64,000 nucleotides of DNA from Acidobacteriota bacterium (GTDB taxonomy: Bacteria; Acidobacteriota; Terriglobia; Terriglobales; SCQP01), in the NCBI GenBank assembly GCA_027314025.1, contig DAHVCP010000058.1, positions 25,711 to 89,710 of the forward strand, given 5' to 3'. The translations under genes and the position numbers were made by a program. Below, piece after piece: positions 1 to 9,247 of this stretch. Position 1 is the first letter of the stretch, and each line of letters begins with the position of its first letter. The notes below the pieces were generated by a model. It saw only the letters and a list, made by a program, of their open reading frames with translations. It did not search any database and had not been told where the DNA came from.

Positions 1-1
1 C

Positions 2-472
2 GGCTATCTGCTGGAGATGGACGCCAACGGCGACGCGCAAGGTACGATCGCGCAGCAGCAGAACGGGCCCTTCGCCACCAACGCGCTGCTGGGCGAGTAC
101 ACGCTCCAGATCAATGGCCAGGTGAACTCGTCCACCCCCGCGATCGTGCAAGGCGAACTGACCGCGCTGGGCGGCGATTTCGCCGGGCAGGTGGATTCCA
201 TGATCAACGGGGCGGTGAACAACAGCCTCTACCTGACGGGCAGCTACACCGTCAGCAGCAGCGGCGAGGCCGTGGGCACCTTATACATGTGCAGCAGCCA
301 GCCGACCAGCCCGACTGGCTGCCCGACGGGCACCCAGGTGCAGTCAACGACCCTCGATTTCTGGATCGCTACGGCGACGAACTCAACCACCGGCACGCAA
401 TCGGGCCGGGCGTTGGTCGGTGAGGGCGACACCACCGGGTACTGGCAAGGCACGCTGACACAGCAATATTAA
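2..472 (+). CDS. C-terminal part of a hypothetical Thr/Ser/Gly-rich (probably secreted) protein; 5' end lies outside the window
   Basis: The frame of listed ORF 17..472 stays open back to nt 2 (GYLLEMD...). It shows the same G/C-ending codon preference as its neighbours. No family motif recognised. Confidence 0.4.
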   Translation, partial: GYLLEMDANGDAQGTIAQQQNGPFATNALLGEYTLQINGQVNSSTPAIVQGELTALGGDFAGQVDSMINGAVNNSLYLTGSYTVSSSGEAVGTLYMCSSQPTSPTGCPTGTQVQSTTLDFWIATATNSTTGTQSGRALVGEGDTTGYWQGTLTQQY

Positions 473-762
473 GGGACCATGGGCGGCGCTGCCATTCACG
501 CGCCGCCACCGACCCCGCGCGGGCGGCGTCCCCCTGGCCGCGCGGGTGGCGGCTCGGCCCCACAATTACAGCGCCTTGCGCCATCCTCGTGTCTCTCGCG
601 ATTTGCTGTAAGAAATAGTACTTGTAGTACAGAAAACAAACGATTTAGCGACAAGATAGAGATGAAAAGTCTCTAGGAATGAAAGACTCTTTCTCGCGCT
701 GATTTCTCACGCTCGGCGCGGCCAGGTCCACCGGCGAGGGACAGAGTTGAAGGCCCGCCGCC

Positions 763-856
763 CGGAGGGCGACGCTCCGTAGGGCAGGAGCCCTACCCCA
801 CGAGGAACGGCACGCAGCGCAGAAGCCCTACCCCGCGCACGGCCGCACGTGGGGTA
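763..856. repeat. Cluster of REP-like GC-rich hairpins in a convergent intergenic region
   Basis: Read directly. CGGAG-ggcgacg-CTCCG lies at 763-779. GTAGGGC-agga-GCCCTAC lies at 779-796. TACCCCGCG-10 nt-CGTGGGGTA lies at 829-856 (one G.T pair). GCCCTACCCC occurs twice, at 790-799 and 825-834. Confidence 0.6.
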
Positions 857-917
857 TGCCTCTGGCTTGCGTGCGGCCGCGCTCGGCGCGGCCGGCGTTG
901 CGCGCGGAACAGGCGCA

Positions 918-1847
918 TCAGCCCTCCGCCGGCGCAGCGGCGCAGGCGAGGAGGCGCAGGGTGGCCGCGAGCGCTTCCGCCGAGGCGGTCGGCTCGGCCC
1001 AGGCGATAGTCCGTTCGGCGCCGGCAAGCCAAGTGGCGGTGAGCACCGTACCGCTGGGCGGGGCGGTGGCCAAAGCGGCCGCAAGCGCCGCGCCGAGCTG
1101 CGGCGCCCAGATCAGCGGCGCGGGGACTTTTTCTCGCACGGCGGCCAAAGCCCGCGGGGCTTGCAGGACGCCGTGTTCGTAGAAGAACGGGCTATAGAGT
1201 TCGACGGCCTGCACATCGCCGTGAGCGCGCAGCGTGTCTTCGACGGCGACGGCGCGGGCGTCGGCGGAATGCGAGAAGTGCACCACGACCGGAGTGAGGC
1301 GGAGGTCGAGAGCCCGCCCGATGGCCTGCCGCGCGGAGGTCAGGGCGGCCGCGGCGGCGCCGGCCGCCTCCGGGGCGGCAGCCAGGAGGGCAAAGGCGGG
1401 AGCACCGTCGGCGGAAAACGCCAGGCGCAGGGGCGCAAGGGAGATGCCCGCGGCGGGCTCCAGCAGGCCGGCAGCCGCCTCGGCGGCGGATTGCGGAGCG
1501 ATGAGGAGCAGCGCGGCGGGATGACCGGTGGCGGCGCCGGAGACTGGCGCGCGCAGTAGGCGGACGATCGCACGCCAAACCGGATCGGCCGTCCGCAGGC
1601 GGATTTCCCCGGCGTCCCAACCCCGAGCCGCACGGCGCTCCCGCAGCACGCGCTCATAATCGGCACGCACCGGGCTGGAGAGCGGCGCATCGGCGGCTGG
1701 CGCTAACCGGACATTGAGGCCGGCCGCGGCGGCTTGGCGCAGCGCCTCCGCCAAAGCGGGAGAGGGCGACGGGGCGGCGATCTCGATCAGCGGGGACACC
1801 TGGGCAGTGTAGCCGATCGGTCCGGCTTCGAGCCGCCGCCGGCGCAA
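918..1847 (-). CDS. Hypothetical Ala-rich protein, co-directional with selD and 92 nt downstream of it
   Basis: 309-aa ORF with a TTG start. Its composition looks more protein-like than the overlapping RGG-rich plus-strand ORFs. No recognisable domain. Confidence 0.45.
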   Translation of the reverse strand: MRRRRLEAGPIGYTAQVSPLIEIAAPSPSPALAEALRQAAAAGLNVRLAPAADAPLSSPVRADYERVLRERRAARGWDAGEIRLRTADPVWRAIVRLLRAPVSGAATGHPAALLLIAPQSAAEAAAGLLEPAAGISLAPLRLAFSADGAPAFALLAAAPEAAGAAAAALTSARQAIGRALDLRLTPVVVHFSHSADARAVAVEDTLRAHGDVQAVELYSPFFYEHGVLQAPRALAAVREKVPAPLIWAPQLGAALAAALATAPPSGTVLTATWLAGAERTIAWAEPTASAEALAATLRLLACAAAPAEG

Positions 1848-1939
1848 TCAAAGCAGGGCCGCCCCGGCGGCCAGCCGCGCCGGCGCGTAAGCGGGACGCC
1901 CCGCCTGTGGCGGGGCTGGGGCCCGCGCCGATCAATAGG

Positions 1940-3007
1940 TCAGGCCGTGACGCGGATGCAAATGGGAGAATCGGCGGGGGCGGACGCAACCTCGCCGATT
2001 TGCGCGGCGGGAAACCCGGCGGAGCGCAGTTGGGCCACCAGGACCGGGCCCTCCGCCGGGGGCAGGGCGGCGAGCAAGCCGCCGGAGGTCTGCGGATCGA
2101 ACATCAGCGTGCGGCGGGCCTCGGTCACTTCGGCAGCGAACGCCACGGACGGGGCGGCGAAGGCGCGGTTGTCCTGCAAGCCGCGCGGCTGGAAATTGGC
2201 GGCGTAGTTTTCCGCGCCGGGCAGCAGCGGCAGCGCCGCGGCGGAAAGATGGAGCTGCAAGGGCTGACCGGCGCATTGGCTGGCGCGGGCCAGTTCCAAG
2301 GCGTGGCCGAGCAGGCCGAATCCGGTGACGTCCGTCACCGCGTGGGGATGCAATGAACCGAGGGCCTCGGCGGCGGCGCGGTTCAGCTGGAGCATGGAAT
2401 CGGCCGCGGCGCGCGCATGCTCCGGCAGGGCCTTTTGCTGCTTCACCGCGGTGCCGATAACCCCGGTGCCCAGGGCTTTGGTCAACACCAGCACGTCGCC
2501 GGGAAGCGCGCCGCCGTTGCGCCAGATCCGTTGCGGATGAATCAGCCCGGTGACGGCGAAACCGAACTTCAACTCCTGGTCGCGGACGCTGTGCCCGCCC
2601 GCCAAGGCGCAGCCCGCTTCATCCAATTTGTTTTGGCCCCCGGCCAAAATCGCCGCCAGCAGCTCGGGCGGAGCGTCGGCGGGAAAGCCCACCAGGCTGA
2701 GGGCGGTGATGGGACGGCCACCCATGGCGTAGATGTCGCTGAGGGCGTTGGCCGCGGCGATCTGTCCGAAGGCAAATGGATCGTCCACGATGGGGGTAAA
2801 AAAGTCCGCGGTTTGCACCAGGGCCAATTCCGGCGTCAGTTGATACACCGCCGCGTCGTCGGCGTTTTCAAAGCCGACTAGCAAATTGGGATCCGCCGAA
2901 CGGACAAGGCCGCGCAGCGCCTGGTCCAACACCGTTGGACTCAGCTTGCTCGCTCAACCGGCCGCTTTGGCCATTTCGGTCAAGCGGCGAACCGGTGCCG
3001 AGGGCAT
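1940..3007 (-). CDS. selD: Selenide, water dikinase (selenophosphate synthetase) SelD, selenocysteine-containing form; Sec codon TGA at 2954-2956
   Basis: The ORF 1940..2932 product matches the SelD core (DPNLLVG..DDAAVY, AIR-synthase-like fold). Reading upstream through TGA gives MPSAPVRRLTEMAKAAG-U-ASKLSPTVLDQAL. This aligns with E. coli [24 protein letters not shown] and puts U at the Cys17 position. A GGAGG lies 7 nt before ATG 3007. Confidence 0.9.
2921..2944 (-). promoter_or_regulatory. Candidate bacterial SECIS hairpin for the selD UGA
   Basis: The minus-strand RNA is CUG(A)GUCCAA-CGGUG-UUGGAC-CAG. It starts 9 nt after the UGA. It has a 9-bp stem with one bulged A and a 5-nt loop containing GGU. 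Confidence 0.6.
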
Positions 3008-3223
3008 CACTGTACCTCCGCACAAATTATAGGCGGCGGAGCGGAGTGGGCGGGGGCCGCCTTCCGGCACTCCATGGCCTTCGCTCCGCCGGCGCTGCGC
3101 TCCGGCCTCTTGTACGGGGTTGGCATCACTTCGCTCTCGCGGCGAACTCGCGGCCTGCCGCCGGCGGCCCATGCCCTTGCCGCCAGCTCGGTTTGCTGCT
3201 TCCAATCCCAGGGGGAGGCGTGG

Positions 3224-3874
3224 ATGGCCAGCGGCTCGTGCCTGCGCGGTTGTTTGCTCGTAGCGTTGTTGGCGGCGGCGGCGCTGCCCGGCTGGAGCCA
3301 GACGTTTCGCCCGCGCTGGACCGGCGAGGCGAGTTTTGGCGTCGCCCCGGTCGTGGGCGGGATGGGCAAACACCTGTCCACGGGCTGGGAACTGACCGGG
3401 GCGTTCGGACGCCGGTTGACCCGGAGCTTTACCGTGGAAGGCGAGTTTGCCTTCGACAGCCTGGGCGTGACCGCTGCGGCGCTGCGGCGTTTGCATGTGC
3501 CCGCGGGGGCGGCGGACGTGTGGTCGCTCAGCCCGGAGGCGGTATGGAACTTCGCCCATGGGAAGCTGGGCGGCTACCTGCGAGCCGGCGTGGGCTTTTA
3601 CCGGCGGACGGTGCAGTTTCTGCAACCCACCTTTGCCAGCACCATCATCTTCGATCCTTGGTGGGGATATTTCGGCCCCGCGATCGTCCCGGTGAACGTC
3701 GTTTTGGGGTCAGTCTCGGAGAATGCCTTTGGCGCCAACGGCGGGATCGGCATTACGGCGCGTTTGCCGCACGGCCGCGGCGCGCGGGTATTTTTGGAGC
3801 TGGATTACCGTTGGGCCAACACCCATCCCACGGCGACGACGCTGCTGCCCGTGACCATCGGTATCCGCTGGTAA
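3224..3874 (+). CDS. Outer-membrane beta-barrel protein (OmpW/porin-like small barrel)
   Basis: An internal ATG is preceded by GGGGGAGG. The signal peptide is MASGSCLRGCLLVALLAAAALPGWSQ. The body has alternating amphipathic strands and ends in an aromatic residue (...TIGIRW). Confidence 0.7.
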   Translation: MASGSCLRGCLLVALLAAAALPGWSQTFRPRWTGEASFGVAPVVGGMGKHLSTGWELTGAFGRRLTRSFTVEGEFAFDSLGVTAAALRRLHVPAGAADVWSLSPEAVWNFAHGKLGGYLRAGVGFYRRTVQFLQPTFASTIIFDPWWGYFGPAIVPVNVVLGSVSENAFGANGGIGITARLPHGRGARVFLELDYRWANTHPTATTLLPVTIGIRW

Positions 3875-4067
3875 GTACGCCGGCTCATTCGCCGCGTCCG
3901 GCTGCGTCCCATTGTCCGGGCGCCGCGCCGCCTATTGGGCGCCGCGCTAGGCCCGCGCCGGGCATACCGATAGGCGCGGCCCCAGCCCCACCCGCCGCGG
4001 GGCATCCCGCTTTGATCGGCAAGACGGCTCTCGCCGAACACCGCGGCGGACCTGTATCCTCAGGATC

Positions 4068-4961
4068 ATGGGCACGAACTTCCCCGCCATTCGCAAAGCC
4101 GTTTTTCCCGCCGCCGGCCTCGGCACGCGGTTTTTACCCGCGACCAAGGCGCAGCCCAAGGAAATGCTGGCGTTGGTGGACAAGCCGATCATTCAGTACG
4201 GCGTCGAGGAAGCGCTGGCGTCGGGGATGGACAACATCATCATCGTCACCGGCCGGGGGAAAAATTCGATCGAGGATCATTTCGACGTCAGCTTCGAGCT
4301 GGAAACGATTCTGGAGCAAAAAGGCAAAACCGATTTGCTGGCGGTGGTGCGGGAAATCTCCGACATGATCCATGTCTCCTACATTCGGCAAAAGGAGGCG
4401 CTGGGCCTGGGTCATGCGGTGCTGATGGCCAAGGATTTGGTCGGCGACGAGCCGTTCGCGGTGCTTTTGGCCGACGACGTGATTGACGCCGAGGAACCGG
4501 CGCTGCGCCAGATGCTGGCGATCTATGAGCAAACCGGCGCCTCGGTGATCGCGGTGCAGCAGGTACCGCGGGCGGCGATCTCCAGCTATGGCGCGGTGCA
4601 GCCGGTGGGCGAGGTGGACGGCCGCTGGGGCGGGCGCGTCTGCCGGGTAGGGAATTTGGTGGAGAAGCCGCCGGCGGCCGAGGCGCCATCCGATTTGGCG
4701 GTGGTGGGGCGGTATTTGTTGACGCCGACGATTTTCCGACTGCTGGAGCAAACGCCGCGCGGCCGGGGCGGGGAGATCCAGCTCACCGATGCGCTGCGGG
4801 CGCTGGCGGCGCAGGAGCCCCTCTACGCGCTGCGCTTCCAGGGGCGCCGGCATGATACCGGCGACAAACTCGGCTTCTTGCAGGCCACGGTGGAGCTGGC
4901 GCTGAAACGGGAGGATCTGGGCAGCGAGTTCCGCGCCTACCTGCGCGGTTTGGCGTTGTGA
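4068..4961 (+). CDS. galU: UTP--glucose-1-phosphate uridylyltransferase
   Basis: The N-terminus AVFPAAGLGTRFLPATKAQPKEMLALVDKPIIQY and the overall length are typical of GalU. Confidence 0.92.
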   Translation: MGTNFPAIRKAVFPAAGLGTRFLPATKAQPKEMLALVDKPIIQYGVEEALASGMDNIIIVTGRGKNSIEDHFDVSFELETILEQKGKTDLLAVVREISDMIHVSYIRQKEALGLGHAVLMAKDLVGDEPFAVLLADDVIDAEEPALRQMLAIYEQTGASVIAVQQVPRAAISSYGAVQPVGEVDGRWGGRVCRVGNLVEKPPAAEAPSDLAVVGRYLLTPTIFRLLEQTPRGRGGEIQLTDALRALAAQEPLYALRFQGRRHDTGDKLGFLQATVELALKREDLGSEFRAYLRGLAL

Positions 4962-5710
4962 GCGCGGCGCGCATCTGCCCGTCCCGCCCCCTCGGCCGGG
5001 CATTCTTCCGCCGGGCGCCGGAGCAGGTGGCGCCGGATTTGCTCGGGCAGCTCGTGGTGCGCCAGACCGGCGGCCGGCGGATCGTGGGACGGATCGTCGA
5101 GGTTGAGGCCTACCAAGGACAACTCGACCCGGCGGCGCACGCCTTTCGCGGCAAGACGCGGCGCAACGCCACGCTGTTCGGGCCGCCGGGGCATGCCTAC
5201 GTCTACACCAGCTATGGGCTGCACCAATGCCTTAACGTCAGCACCCAACCCGCGGGGCAAGCGGGATGCGTCCTCATCCGCGGGCTGGAGCCGTGGCCGC
5301 CGGCACCGCCGGTGTTGCGCTGGCTGCAAGCGCGGGCGCCGGCCCGCGATCAGCGGCGGCTGCTCTCCGGACCGGGCCGCCTCTGCCGCGCGCTGGCGAT
5401 TGGGCGGGATTGGGATGGTGCGGACCTAACCACGCCCGGCGGCCTGTGGCTTGCCGCCGGGCCGGCGCCGCGGCGGATCGCCGTGACCCGCCGGATCGGC
5501 ATCCAGAAGGCGGTCGAGCGGCCGCTGCGGTTTTATGACCTGGAGAGCGCGGCCGTCTCCGGCCGGCGGGGCCCTGTCGTCATGCTGCTGTCGGGCGGGC
5601 GCGGGCGTTGGCGCATTGCCGGCGCGGCGGCCCCGCCGCGCCACTCCGCGTTGCCCGGCGCGGTTCGCGGCTCGCACTTGGCGCGCCGGCCCGGTGGCGC
5701 GGCGACGTGA
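4958..5710 (+). CDS. mpg: DNA-3-methyladenine glycosylase (Mpg/AAG family)
   Basis: Motifs: VAPDLLGQLVV, IVEVEAYQG..DPAAHAF, TRRNATLFGPPGHAYVYTSYGLHQCLNV. The GTG start overlaps the galU stop (GTGA at 4958-4961). It carries a low-complexity C-terminal tail. Confidence 0.85.
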   Translation: MSAARICPSRPLGRAFFRRAPEQVAPDLLGQLVVRQTGGRRIVGRIVEVEAYQGQLDPAAHAFRGKTRRNATLFGPPGHAYVYTSYGLHQCLNVSTQPAGQAGCVLIRGLEPWPPAPPVLRWLQARAPARDQRRLLSGPGRLCRALAIGRDWDGADLTTPGGLWLAAGPAPRRIAVTRRIGIQKAVERPLRFYDLESAAVSGRRGPVVMLLSGGRGRWRIAGAAAPPRHSALPGAVRGSHLARRPGGAAT

Positions 5711-5846
5711 CCGCTGCGTCGGAACGCCACGTGCCGGACGCCCACGGCGGCGGGCGGGATGCCGTTCTAAGGTAAGTTTTTGCTGGCCACGGGCATCGCG
5801 ACGGGAGCAAACTAAAAATCGAAATTTGCCGTGCCCGTCAGACGCT

Positions 5847-6140
5847 ATGCCCGCTGAACCGCAATCCACTCCCCAACCCACGCTCGTGGCGGATGGCCTC
5901 GCCGACTTTTTCCGCCTCGAGGAAAAAATCCACGGCATTACCGCCGCGCTCCGCCAGGCCCAGTCCGCCCGCCAGGAAGCCGAGGCGAAGGCCGAGCAGG
6001 CGCAGGCCAAATACGGCGAACTGAAGCGCGACTATGCCGTGCTGGAGAAAGAATTGGTGGGCTTGCGCAAGGAGCGGGAAGAGGTGCGGCGGCGGGTGGA
6101 GAAATTGATTCAGCAGATCGAGGCGCTGCCGGCGGAATAG
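5847..6140 (+). CDS. Small coiled-coil protein (ZapB/DUF904-like) upstream of zapA
   Basis: Internal ATG at 5847. The 97-aa product is almost entirely heptad-like E/K/A/Q/L helix (...QAQSARQEAEAKAEQAQAKYGELKRDYAVLEKELVGLRKEREE...). The long upstream extension of ORF 5535..6140 looks non-coding. Confidence 0.55.
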   Translation: MPAEPQSTPQPTLVADGLADFFRLEEKIHGITAALRQAQSARQEAEAKAEQAQAKYGELKRDYAVLEKELVGLRKEREEVRRRVEKLIQQIEALPAE

Positions 6141-6214
6141 CTCCGTTACGGCGCCGCGCGCCTGGTCCTGGGGGGCGTGACCAGGATGCCAGGGGAGTGC
6201 AGGAAGGAGGTCCG

Positions 6215-6499
6215 ATGACTGTGCAGGTGGAGATTTACGATCAGACCTATCATCTGACCGGCGCCGGCGGCGAAGCGCAAACCCAGCGGCTGGCGGAGCG
6301 CGTGGACGCGGTGATGCGGCAAATCGCGCGGCAGACGCGGGTCATTGATTCGCTGCGGGTGGCGGTGCTGGCGGCGGTGAACTTGGCGGATGAAAACGAG
6401 GCGCTGCGGGAACGCTGCCGGCGGCTGGAAGCGGCAGTGAGCGAAAAGACCGCGGAATACCACCAAATCCTGGACGGCGCCATGTCCCGCGCCAGCTAG
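6215..6499 (+). CDS. zapA: Cell division protein ZapA
   Basis: MTVQVEIYDQTYHLTGAGGEAQTQRLAERVDAVMRQI..., followed by a C-terminal coiled coil. A GGAGG lies 5 nt before ATG 6215. Confidence 0.8.
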   Translation: MTVQVEIYDQTYHLTGAGGEAQTQRLAERVDAVMRQIARQTRVIDSLRVAVLAAVNLADENEALRERCRRLEAAVSEKTAEYHQILDGAMSRAS

Positions 6500-6742
6500 G
6501 CTGACTCCTCGCATCCTCGGCCGGTCCCTAGCCCTGGCGCCGCGCACGCGTTGCGCTCCCACCGCCTGGCCCGCAACATCGCGCGAGGGGGAATGCCGCA
6601 CCCGCCGCGCCCGCCCGCGCATTTGAGCCTCGATCGGCCCACCCAGCGCCCCGCGGGCGGCTGCTTTCGTGCCGGCGATGGTTGCCGCATTTGCCCACAA
6701 ATAGGGGATAGCGGCGGGAAAACCAGACGGCTACATTCTCCT

Positions 6743-6758
6743 CAGTGTGCTCACACTG
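6743..6758. promoter_or_regulatory. 7+7 inverted repeat CAGTGTG-ct-CACACTG just upstream of the RBS of the beta-helix gene (operator or leader hairpin candidate)
   Basis: Read directly. It ends 3 nt before the GGAGG at 6761-6765 that serves ATG 6771. Confidence 0.3.
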
Positions 6759-6770
6759 GCGGAGGATTCC

Positions 6771-8153
6771 ATGCGAATGCGATTGGGGTGGGTTCTGGCG
6801 GCAACGGTATTGGGAGCAGTGCTCGCGGCGCCACGGGCCGTGGCGGCGAACTTATGCGTCCAGCCCAGCGGCGCCAACGGCTGCTCGGCGACCATACAGG
6901 GCGCGGTGGCGCAAGCCAAGGCGGGTGACGTGATTTACGTGGCGCCGGGCGTCTACCGGGAAGCGGTCACCATCGGCGTGCCGGTGGCGCTGATCGGCGC
7001 CGGGGCCGATGCGACGACCATTGACGCCACCGGATTGGCGCACGGTGTTTTCGTGGATGGCTACGATCACCCCGGGCTGACGGGGGTGACCGTGCAGGGC
7101 TTCACGATCAAAGGCGCTCTCTACGAGGGGGTGCTGGTGGTCAGCGCCGCGGATGTGATCGTCCGCGACAACCACGTGATCCACAACGACACCGTGCCCG
7201 GCGCCGTATTCGCCGCCAAAACCTACACCGGCTGCCCCGGCCAGCCGGGCAGCGGCGTATATGAAACGGATGAAACCGGCGACTGTGGCGGCGGGGTGCA
7301 TCTGGTGGGAGCGGTGGGCGCGATCGTCAGCGGCAACCTCATTACCGGCAATGCGGACGGCATTTTGGTCAGCGACGAAACCGGCGAAAGCCGCGCCAAT
7401 CTCCTGGCCAACAACGTGGTCATGGACAATCCGCTTGAGTGCGGTATCGTCCTGGCCTCCCATCCGCCCAGCGGCAAAACCGCGCCCCCGTTCGGCCCCC
7501 ATTTTGGCGTGGACGGCAACACGGTGCTCGGGAACCTTTCGCAAAATAACGGCGTCCAGGTAGGCGGCTCCGGCGTGGGCCTATTTTCCGATGGCGCCGG
7601 CCCGGGCAAGGTGAGCGGCAACGTGGTCGTGGACAATCGCTTGATTCACAACGGCCTCGGCGGCGTGGCCCTGCACACGCACGTGGGACCGGCCTTTGGG
7701 CTGCCCGCCGATGACATGAATGGCAACCAAATTATCGGCAACTACATCGCCGGCAACCTGGCCGACCAGGCGGACACGGCCACGCCGGGGCCGGTGGGCA
7801 TCAACATCAACAGCGGCGGAGGCGGATCGCCGGTGATGGGCACCGTGATTGCCCGCAACACCATCCGGGACGAAGCGGTGGACGTGGCGGTGAACACGCC
7901 GGCGTTGGTCGGCGTCCACCTGAATAACCTGCTCGGAGGCCAGACCGGGGTGGCCGACGTTTGCGCGCTCGACGGGGCCACGATGTGCGCCGGCGCCATC
8001 GCGGCTGCGCAGAATTACTGGGGCTGCCCGGCCGGTCCCGGCGCGCACGGCTGCTCCACCGCGAGCGGCGGCGACATTACCTATGCGCCGTGGCTGCTGC
8101 GGCCCGCAACGCCGCCGGGACGGCCGAATCAGGACCAGCACGGGCGGCGCTGA
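6771..8153 (+). CDS. Secreted right-handed parallel beta-helix repeat protein (NosD/CASH-like)
   Basis: Signal peptide MRMRLGWVLAATVLGAVLAAPRAVAA. N-terminus IQGAVAQAKAGDVIYVAPGVYREAVTI, then repeated G-x-x-V/I-x-x-N turns typical of pectate-lyase-fold proteins. Confidence 0.75.
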   Translation: MRMRLGWVLAATVLGAVLAAPRAVAANLCVQPSGANGCSATIQGAVAQAKAGDVIYVAPGVYREAVTIGVPVALIGAGADATTIDATGLAHGVFVDGYDHPGLTGVTVQGFTIKGALYEGVLVVSAADVIVRDNHVIHNDTVPGAVFAAKTYTGCPGQPGSGVYETDETGDCGGGVHLVGAVGAIVSGNLITGNADGILVSDETGESRANLLANNVVMDNPLECGIVLASHPPSGKTAPPFGPHFGVDGNTVLGNLSQNNGVQVGGSGVGLFSDGAGPGKVSGNVVVDNRLIHNGLGGVALHTHVGPAFGLPADDMNGNQIIGNYIAGNLADQADTATPGPVGININSGGGGSPVMGTVIARNTIRDEAVDVAVNTPALVGVHLNNLLGGQTGVADVCALDGATMCAGAIAAAQNYWGCPAGPGAHGCSTASGGDITYAPWLLRPATPPGRPNQDQHGRR

Positions 8154-8160
8154 GACGAAC

Positions 8161-8186
8161 GCCGGAAAAAACCGGGGCCAAATTCC
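8161..8186 (-). repeat. Copy of the dispersed GGAATTT+hairpin intergenic motif (reverse orientation)
   Basis: The plus strand reads GCCGG-aaaaaa-CCGGGGCCAAATTCC. It starts 8 nt after the stop of the beta-helix gene. Its reverse complement, GGAATTTGGCCCCGGttttttCCGGC, resembles 14380-14403. Confidence 0.4.
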
Positions 8187-8347
8187 GCCGCTCGCCGCCG
8201 CTCAATCCCGATTGGGAACGCTGCGCCGCGGAGATGGTGCATGCGCGTGGCCGTGGTGCGTTCGCGGAGCCCGCAAGAGTGCAATTTTGCTGCCGTTGCC
8301 GGCCTGGAATGGTAGCTTAGAAGGGCGGCGTTTGGCGCGGCGAACTC

Positions 8348-9247
8348 ATGAAAGTTGCATTCTTGGGAACTGGGATCATGGGTGGTCCCATGGCCAGCAA
8401 TCTGATCAAGGCCGGCCATGAGGTCACGATTTGGAACCGCAGCGCGGAGAAGGCGCAGCGGATTCAAGACGCGGTTGGCGGACGCGTGGCGGTTTCGCCG
8501 GCGGACGCGGCCGCCGACAGCCAGATCGTTTGGATCTGCGTCAGCGACACAGAAGCGGTGGAACGGGTGGTGCTGGCCGAGGATGGCATTTTAGGGGTGG
8601 CGCGGCCGGGACTGCTGGTGGCGGATTCGAGCACGATTTCACCCACCGCCAGCCGCGCGCTGGCCAAGCGCATTCGCGAGCGCGGCGGGGAATGGGTGGA
8701 TTGCCCCGTGACCGGCTCCAAACGGGGGGCGGAAGAAGGCAAGCTGGTGTTCATCGTGGGCGGTGAAGGCGAGGCCGTGGAGAAGCTGGAGCCGCTGTTT
8801 CAGGTGATGGGCCAGCGCGTGATCCACGTCGGTGGCATCGGCATGGGGCTGTCCGCCAAGCTGGCGATGAACCTGAACATCGCCTTGATCTTCGAAGGGC
8901 TGGCGGAAGGCTTGGTGCTGGCGCAGAAGGCGGGCGTGAGCATGCGGCAAATGCTGGACATTATCGGCGCCACCATGCTGCGCTCCGGCGTGAGCGAGTA
9001 CAAGGGGCCGTTCTTGGCGCGGCGGGACTTCAGCCCGAACTTTCCCCTGCATCTGATGCTGAAGGACATCCGCCTGATGCTGGAGTATGCGCGGGAGCTG
9101 CGGGTGAAGCTGCCGGCGCTGGAAACCGTCGAAGAGGTGTATGCGGTGGCGGCGGACGAGGGCCTGAGCGACGCCGATTATGCGGCGACGCTGACCCTGC
9201 TGGAAAAATGGGCCGGTATCAGCGCCCCGGCGGAAAACCCCGCGTAG
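8348..9247 (+). CDS. NAD(P)-dependent beta-hydroxyacid dehydrogenase (3-hydroxyisobutyrate / 2-hydroxy-3-oxopropionate reductase family)
   Basis: MKVAFLGTGIMGGPMASNLIKAGHEVTIWNRS Rossmann N-terminus, then DCPVTGS..GAEEGKL and a C-terminal 6-PGDH-like helical domain. Confidence 0.88.
   Translation: MKVAFLGTGIMGGPMASNLIKAGHEVTIWNRSAEKAQRIQDAVGGRVAVSPADAAADSQIVWICVSDTEAVERVVLAEDGILGVARPGLLVADSSTISPTASRALAKRIRERGGEWVDCPVTGSKRGAEEGKLVFIVGGEGEAVEKLEPLFQVMGQRVIHVGGIGMGLSAKLAMNLNIALIFEGLAEGLVLAQKAGVSMRQMLDIIGATMLRSGVSEYKGPFLARRDFSPNFPLHLMLKDIRLMLEYARELRVKLPALETVEEVYAVAADEGLSDADYAATLTLLEKWAGISAPAENPA

Noticed and set aside
2935-4368. Very long alternative-frame or antisense ORFs. Examples are 2935..4368, 849..1559, 9315..10556, 14041..15597, 23154..24386, 36570..38057, 42731..43828 and 53675..54982.
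   Set aside because: Their products are Arg/Gly/Pro/Ala-rich low-complexity strings. They overlap genes with clear family signatures on the other strand or frame. This is the expected stop-codon scarcity of GC-rich DNA.
6500-6742. Possible 6S RNA (ssrS) in the 270-nt gap downstream of zapA, by analogy with the E. coli zapA-ssrS arrangement.
   Set aside because: I could not find the long 5'/3' closing-stem complementarity or a central-bubble architecture by eye. Only a short GTTGCG...CGCAAC hairpin is present. The zapA-ssrS synteny is documented mainly for gammaproteobacteria. An Infernal scan with the 6S model would settle it.
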